Assembly: GCA_964016885.1 (NCBI GenBank)
Contig: OZ024743.1
Location: 312,852,001-312,916,000 of the forward strand
From: Eledone cirrhosa
Lineage: Eukaryota
DNA length: 64,000 nt
Direction of reading: 5' to 3'
This document shows positions 56,438 to 64,000 of the stretch, piece after piece. The notes under the pieces were generated by a model. That model did no database searches. It saw only the letters and a list, made by a program, of their open reading frames with translations, and was not told the origin of the DNA. The position numbers and the translations under genes were made by a program. Within the stretch, counting starts at the first letter, position 1; each line of letters begins with the position of its first letter.

Positions 56438-57060
56438 ATAATTGTTTCTACTTTTGGCACAAGGCCAGCAATTACCCAGTGCATTATTGGTACTTTATTT
56501 TATCGACCACGTAAGGATGAAAGGCAAAGTTAACCTCGGCGGGATTTGAACTCAGTCCGTAAAGGGACATGTCTATGCTGCAAAGCATAGAGTCCGACCC
56601 TCTACCGATACTGCCAATCCACAATGCACAATAAAAATAAGAATACTGATAATAATAATTGTTTCTACTTTAGGCACAAGGCCAGCAAATTACCCAGTGC
56701 GTTACTGGTACTTTATTTCATCGACCCCGTAAGGATGAAAGGCAAAGTCAACCTCGGCGGGATTTGAACTCAGATCGTAAAGGGACGTAATAATAATGAT
56801 TTCTGTTATAGGTACAAGGTCACCTATTTTGGGGACTAGGGGAAACTCTGATTTAGGCATGTGGCCAACAATCTGAAGGGAATAGGAAAGTAAATTTAAT
56901 TGACTCTAGTGCATGACTGGTACTTTATTTTATTGACTCCATAAGGATGAAAGGCAAAGATAACCTTGGCGTGATTTGAACTCAGAATTTAAAAAGCCAT
57001 AACTCCTTGTTGCATAGCATGGTGTCTGACACTCTGCCAATACTGCCAATCCACTACCCT
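56438..57060 (-). mobile_element. Cluster of second-family SINEs
   Basis: Three tandem copies; minus strand shows TGGCAGTATCGG (A box) and GAGTTCAAATCC (B box). Confidence 0.85.
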
Positions 57061-58419
57061 AACAATAATAACAATGGTAACAATAATAATAATGGTTTCT
57101 TTATTGGCCACAAGGGCTAACATGAAGAAAAACATTACAGACGGCACAGAACAGTACAGGATGATACATAGTGGGTTTTGGCTGTGTAAAAAGGTTATAA
57201 CAAGAAATGTGTAAAAACAAATTCAAAATTCAAACAAAAATTCCCCAATAATAACATGAAAAGCCTTCCTAATCTAGATATGAATTAAAGAGAACCTATA
57301 AATAAACGTGACATACCTTAAACATAGGCCGCCCCACCTAATCTAAATTATACTTTATATACCTCTACAATTCATATATATTTTCTACTAAGTTGTATAT
57401 ACAAGTTATATATACCAATTACATATATATCTCGTAAATAATGTTCTTTTATGGTACACCCTCTATTGATGATTGACAGCAACTTCCATCCACCCCACCC
57501 TACAAAAGAAAGTATAATAATAATAATATTAATAATCCTTGTATATGTCAGAGGTCATAAGATAATCTCCTTAAATGAGGAGAATAATAATTCACAGTAG
57601 AGTCCACTCTCGCCCCATCCCATGGTACAAACTATGTCCCTCACTACGACTATTAGAGTACATCTATTTTAAATGTGTGTTAGGAATATATACAGAAAGG
57701 GGAAAAAAAGAAGAAAAATACCTTAGAAATAAATAACTACACACAGTCTTAGGTTCATTTCCACAAGCGTGTGATGATAGGAATGTCATCTCTAATATTA
57801 CACACTCATTTTTTATTTTATTTATTTGTGTATTTTATCTTATTTTATTTATTTTATTTTTACTTTAAATGCATACAGATACATTTTCATGTCAAAAATC
57901 TAAAAATTCAGTGTAAACTTCCTTCTTTTCCCCTTTTTATTGATTTTTTTTAAAATTTATTTCTATTCCATGCTATAGCAACCAGGTTGTGATTTTCAGT
58001 AAAATGCTTTTTCTCATTCATGGATTTTTATTAGAGCAGTTTTACAAAATTACTTTCCTGTTGCCAATCCTCTGAAAGTGGAGAATATGGAGGATCATTT
58101 CTCAGTATCTTTCTCTCTTGCAAACCTTTCTTGGAAGTATGTTTTGTTACCAGAGATTACTTTCAACGCTAAGTTCATATGCTGCCATCCAGCATCCCTT
58201 TTTAACCAGTTTAACATTTCGATACTCATTACATTTCTTCTTTCAGTCAATACACAATAAGTGTTTTAAGGACTTTTACCCCCATCCCCAACGAAAGCAG
58301 GGGTCCTATTTGAGGTAATGTTTCAGAGCCCTTTCCAGCCAAAATTGCAATTGGCAGGACTGGACACTGTGTGAGACATCCGAAAGAAACAGCCACAAAT
58401 CTGGGGCTATGGCAGCAGA

Positions 58420-58680
58420 CAATACATGAATAGATAGACCACAGAAACTAAACCACTAACTTTATGGTATGACAGATAATACATAGATAGATAAACTATA
58501 GGAACCAAACCATTAACTTTATGGTATCATAGTCAATACATAGATAGATAAACTACAGGCACTAAAACACTAACTTTATGGTATGACAAACAATGAATGA
58601 ATAGATAGACCACAGAAACTAAACCACTAACTTTATGGTATGACAGACAAACTACAGAAACCAAACCACTAACCTAATGA
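58420..58680. repeat. Degenerate ~57-60 bp minisatellite, 4-5 copies
   Basis: Repeated acagaaactaaaccactaactttatggtatgaca. Confidence 0.85.
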
Positions 58681-58895
58681 CATACTTCAAAAAGACATTG
58701 GACTGAAGACTGTACTGGAAATAGGAACAGTGATGGAGGAGTGAGACATCTGGTATAAATAGCAAGATATTTTGTAAAGCAATGTTTTATGACTGGTGTC
58801 TTTTGGTCAGCTCTTATGTCACACAGGAATATGGTGTACTTATTCTGAACTGTATATACACAGCAATATATATATATATAGTTTTAATATAGATG

Positions 58896-58946
58896 AGATT
58901 CTACAGGACTAGAACTGTTTCATTCTTTAGAAATCATCAGGAATCT
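58896..58946 (-). ncRNA. Type I hammerhead ribozyme candidate
   Basis: Minus strand reads AGATTC-CTGATGA-tTTCTaaAGAAt-GAA-ACAG-ttctagtc-CTGT-A|GAATCT. Stem I is 6 bp, stem III 4 bp, cleavage site GUA; there is a U.U mismatch at the base of stem II. Confidence 0.65.
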
Positions 58947-58995
58947 GGGTATCAAAAAATAAGTCTGGTATTCCGATTCAACCCGGAATAACGTA

Positions 58996-59051
<56 letters not shown>

Positions 59052-59674
59052 GAACAATAAAAGAATAGATAATTAAAAGTCTGCTGGTTAATTATAATAA
59101 TATACGAACACTTTCCATGTTTGCATGGTTTGGACATGTAGTTACAGTCCAAGTCACTTCTTATTCTGACAGGTCAGTTATAATGTCACACTCATGCATG
59201 CTAAACTTTGTCATGGTTTCTTCAGCTATCTTCATCACATTGTCACAGTTTAAAACAGGTTGGTGAGCCTCATCTCACTCATTCATACTATTTTTTTGCA
59301 TGCTTCTAAGGCTGGATTCTCTTTCGAATGCCAACCGCTTTACGGAATATATTGGGTGCATTCTATCGTGACATCAGTACTAAGGAGGTTGTCATGCCCA
59401 TCGGGTGGCAGAAGAGTCTGCTCTTCCCTTCTTTGACTTGGTTTCTATGGCTGCATGTCCTTTCTAACACTAACTCTTTTACAGGATGTACTGGGTGCAA
59501 TTTTTCATAACATTCGCACAAGACATGTTATGCCCTTGACATGCCAGAAGAATCCTCTATTTAGCATGTTTTGTATGGTTGCATCCTTTTTCTAATGCCA
59601 TCTACTTTACTGAGTAAACTGGCTGCATTCTATCATGACAGCATAAAAGAAGTTGTCATATCCTTGACATGACT

Positions 59675-59930
59675 AAAGAGTGTACTGGTGCATTTTGTCA
59701 TGGCATCTATACAGAGTGTACTGGGTGCTTTTTGTCATGGCATCTATACAGAGTGTACTGGGTGTATTTTATCATGGCAGCAGTACTACCACTATACAGA
59801 ATGTACTGGCCGCATTTTATCATGGCACCAACACTATCACTGTATAGAGTGTACTGGGTGCATTTTATCATGGCAACAGTACTACAGCTATACAGAGTTT
59901 ACAGGGTACAATTTATTGTAGCAGCAGCAC
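59675..59930. repeat. Tandem repeats of an RTE/SINE tail segment
   Basis: Repeated acagagtgtactgggtgcattttatcatggc. Confidence 0.75.
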
Positions 59931-62217
59931 TAGTGAGTTTGACTTGGGGCAGGCAAGACTAAAGGTATTTACTCTTATCCTACGTTGTCTCCATTCAACA
60001 AAGACAACATAAATATCAAATAGTAAGAAAGTCTTTAAATTGTAATAGTGTTTACAGAGCAGTTATTTGCGAAATCAATCAATGGGGAAAAAGGAAAGGT
60101 TTGCACAGAGAAATAAAAATATGAGTCAGCAAAATAGATTTGGATAAAGGCCATAAATGGCAGTTTAGAAAACACAAAGTGCTGTAGTGACAGTTTCTGG
60201 CTTAGAATCTTATTGTTTATTGATTAATATTTTCACAACATCACAGTAATAAGAAAATAAAACAATAAAATAAGACTAAGATTTGCTGAGTAAATACTTC
60301 AATCTAATGATGAGTTTTAAACTAGTTACAAAAGCTATGTCATATCAACTATTCTATTGAAATTCCTTCAGTGTTAGCCTCAAAGTTATTAACTCCTTTA
60401 ATGCCAAAAACTGCCTGGAACCAGCCGTGCTGATATGATACTAAGCTGTGTATTTTAAAGTGTTGATATTTACTTAAAACATGTCCACTATATTTCTATG
60501 TAAGAATGTTTGTTCCAAACCCAAGATAAATAATGAGAAAATTAGTTATTTTTCTAAATCTTCCTAAATTATTAATTATTTTCAAAGGATTTTAAAATGA
60601 TAGAGCAGGCAATGTTGAAATATACACATAAATACACACACACATACACAAAGTTTCTGTCTAACAAATTTGATTCACAAAGCATTAGTCATCCTGAGAC
60701 TATAGTAGAAGATACTTGCTGAAGATACCTGCCAAACAGTCAGACTGAACCCCAAACCATGTGATTGCATAGTGAACTCTTCAAATACATATTCATGCCT
60801 GTGCTATTCATAAATGACATAACAAAAGGAATCACCAGTGTTATGTTACTTCCAAGAAGCCATAGCTATGTTGTCAACAAGGAAAACCTATGATTCAATA
60901 TGTTTGAAGAATTGATGGTAGATAAGTGTTAGCAGTACAAACTTCAGTATAATTGGATCAAATATTTGACAGCAACATTATCTCACATGTTGCCATCATT
61001 TTAGCATTATTATATATTATTACAGTGTATATCATAGTAGCAGGAATGGCTGTGTGGTTAAGGTGTTCACTTTACAACCATGTGTTTCTGGGTTCAGTCC
61101 TGCAACATGGCACCTTTAGCAAGTGTTTTCTACTATAGCCTCATGTTGGCCAATGCTTATTGAGTGAAATTGTGTTGATAGAAATAGTGTGAAAGCAGAT
61201 ATATATATATATGTGTATGTGTTTATTGTTTATGGCCCATAACTTAGTGGTTTGAGAAAAAAAGAGATTGATAAAAGACATATCTGGCTTTAAAAAGAAC
61301 TGGGGTAGATATGATTGACAAAAATGAAGGTGTTGCCTCAGCATAGAAACAGTCTAATGACTGAAACAAGCATAAGAATAATTGAATGAGTCATCATGGT
61401 TTCATGTGAGATCCCAAATAGACTAACAGAAATGACAGACTTTCTATGTGCCAATTTAAAATACAGTGGAAAGAAGCTGCAGCAGTGATAAACCATGGAA
61501 AACCTGGGCAGAGGTGGTGAAAGCTGATCTCAAATTGCTGAGACTCACAGAGGAGATGACAAAGGAATGCGGCCTGTGGAGAGATTCTGTGCTGAAAAGG
61601 ACCCATTCAACCCAAGTAAGTGTGGAAAATTAGACATAAAAAAGATAATGATGAAACACATTGGTAGTGGTACACTTCTTTATGGCTAATTCTTTTTCTT
61701 CTTTGCCTGGGAGAGTCGTGGGGAGAAAGTCTTTAGACATACCTTCCAGAGGGTTTTATCAGAAACAACTGTTATACAATAAAACACAACTTCACAAAAA
61801 TCAAACCTAAGACAACATGATCATGAAACCAACACCCTAACCACTAGGCCACTCACTTTCCCCACCTTATTAATGCTCTGTCAATCACGAAAATCTTGCA
61901 CAGTAAATACATAACAAAAACGTTAACTGTTCACTAATTTTTGTTCAGTTTGTCAAAAGATTTTCATCATACTTCTGTGACTTCAGAAAAAATTAAATAG
62001 ATAGCTCCCACTTATGTGGGTTAAGCTGGCCTCCTATAGGGTTGCATCTTATAGTAGGTTTCTCAAGCGTTTTAATGATAGGAGCCCCATATCTATCATG
62101 AAAAACAGTGTGAAAGGGAGTGTCTTGCTCAAAAACACAACTTGTCACATATCAAATGCATGATGTTATCATAAGACCAACATTCAAACCCTAAGGTCAC
62201 ACACCCTCACAACCTCA

Positions 62218-62638
62218 TTAAACCTTTAGTGTTCAAACCAGCCAAAACTGGCGAGAATTCTCTACCTCTTTCTGTTGAAACTGGCTGTAACCAGTCAGTC
62301 AAACTGATGTTAAGGTATTGTTCTCAAAATAAATACTTTCAAAATCTCATAGATTCGATATTATGTGAGATAATTATGTGAGGTAAAGCCTTTACCATGA
62401 AAATATAATTGTTTCTATTTTAAGCACAAGGCCAGCAATTACCCAGTACATTACTGGTACTTTATTTTATCGACCCCGTAAGAATGAAAGGCAACGTTAA
62501 CCTCGGTGGGATTTGAACTCAGATCATAAAGGGACGTAACTATGCTTCAAAGCATGGTGTCCGACTCTCTACCGATACTGCCAATCCACATGAAAATATA
62601 ATAGTATATATAGAGTAATGTGAATGCTAAAGGGTTAA
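62218..62638. mobile_element. piggyBac-type MITE (family of 10627-11013) with inserted SINE
   Basis: ttaaacctttag...ctaaagggttaa; interior matches 10627-11013. Confidence 0.7.
62410..62588 (-). mobile_element. Full-length second-family SINE with 14-bp TSD
   Basis: TSD catgaaaatataat at 62396-62409 and 62589-62602. Confidence 0.88.
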
Positions 62639-64000
62639 TACTCTGTCAATCACCAAAATCTTGTACAGTAAATTACAAAAACAAAATATTTCACCTTTCT
62701 TACATAATACTATGGACTTTAGAATAGGTACATTGTTGCTTATTGTATGATATGGTCCCTTAACTCCTAGTGGAGTCATAGGAGTGCAATTTTTTCATAT
62801 GGTGTTTCTTGGGTATTTTAAGCCTGGCAGACCCCATCCCTCTTGATGTAAGAGATGATTAAAAGGGTTGGCACAAAGAAGGGCCTCTAACTGTAAAATA
62901 TTGTCCCAAAAGAGTCCCCAATTACAGTGCCAGCAATGCTAACCTCTGCTTTAGCAAGGAAATGACATTAAAATACTTGCTGTGTTGTTGCCTTACATTC
63001 TTAGTGTGTGTGTGTTTATAATGGACATATATCAAGTCTTCATTCACCATTAGCCTGTGTGTGGTTGCACTACACTTCTTGTGCATTTATAGTTTATACA
63101 GAGTGCAGTGTATGGAATTTCTACCCCTTTTCTGAATATCAAGCATGGTTGTCTCCCTGCTTGTTTTCTATTTACACAAACCGTCACCATCACATTTTAA
63201 TTCATGCTTCATATAACCCTCAACATAGTGGCTCAATCTGCTAGAAATATCAGCCAAATTTCTTTCAAATTACACCCTATAATCTTAATGATTTTGTTAC
63301 TCTATTTCTAATAAAAGATATTTCCAATGATTTTCAGATAATTTTGAAAATAATCAAGAATTTGGAAAGATTTAGTAATGTAACTTTCTCATTATTAAAT
63401 TGGTGTTTGGACCATAGCTTAACAAAAGTTCTTACATAAAATTATGATAGAAATATTTTAGATAAATATAAACACTTTATAGAAGAAGCAACTTAAAGTG
63501 GTTTGATATCTAAAGGGTTAAAAAAAGGAGACATTGAACAATGTAGTACTATACATACAAAAAAGATGGAATGGGATGGTGATGGTGAAAATGTCTTTCA
63601 ATCAAATTAAACAACATAGAGAATCACTCTCCTGAAGAGATATAGCAGTTCTCAAATGTTTTTCTGCTTATGTCTAATTCTCTGAACAATTTTAAAGCCA
63701 GTTTCCCTCCTAGAACATGGGATAGCTATGTGAACTCAAATGACAGTGCTTCATGCTAATCAAGGGGCTCTTTTTGAAGCAATATTTTACAACTGGATAC
63801 CATTTCAGGCATTAACAATTTTAGTCACTTCTTATGACACACATGGACACTGAGTACCTATTCTAAACTGGATACACACATCATCATCATTTTATGTCTG
63901 TTTTCCATGCTGCTCTGAGACAAAACATGGCCAAATAACCACATCTTGCCCATACATTCCATATTTTCGTGTTGTCTTTGGTGTAACTTTTCACTATGAA

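Overview
Eukaryotic, very AT-rich, microsatellite- and retroposon-dense DNA; the (TA)n tracts and SINE/RTE content suggest a coleoid cephalopod such as Octopus (inference). The only host gene recognised is RIM (Rab3-interacting molecule; RIMS1/2, unc-10) on the minus strand. Two clear coding exons (35314-35521, 9297-10024) together build the N-terminal zinc finger. A candidate alternative exon with two in-frame donors (9 nt or 54 nt, 24083/24128-24136) lies between them. The rest appears to be intron. It holds a ~9.9 kb 48-bp satellite built from SINE sequence (source of the spurious 2970-aa ORF), RTE, R4/Dong and Penelope-like fragments, two tRNA-derived SINE families, piggyBac/hAT-type MITEs and kb-long (TA)n arrays. 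The most notable unannotated signals are hammerhead ribozyme motifs in islands within (TA)n, a truncated HDV-like ribozyme at the head of a bipartite RTE-derived element, and recurrent fold-back palindromes at (TA)n insertion sites. All calls were made by eye without database searches, and repeat boundaries are approximate.
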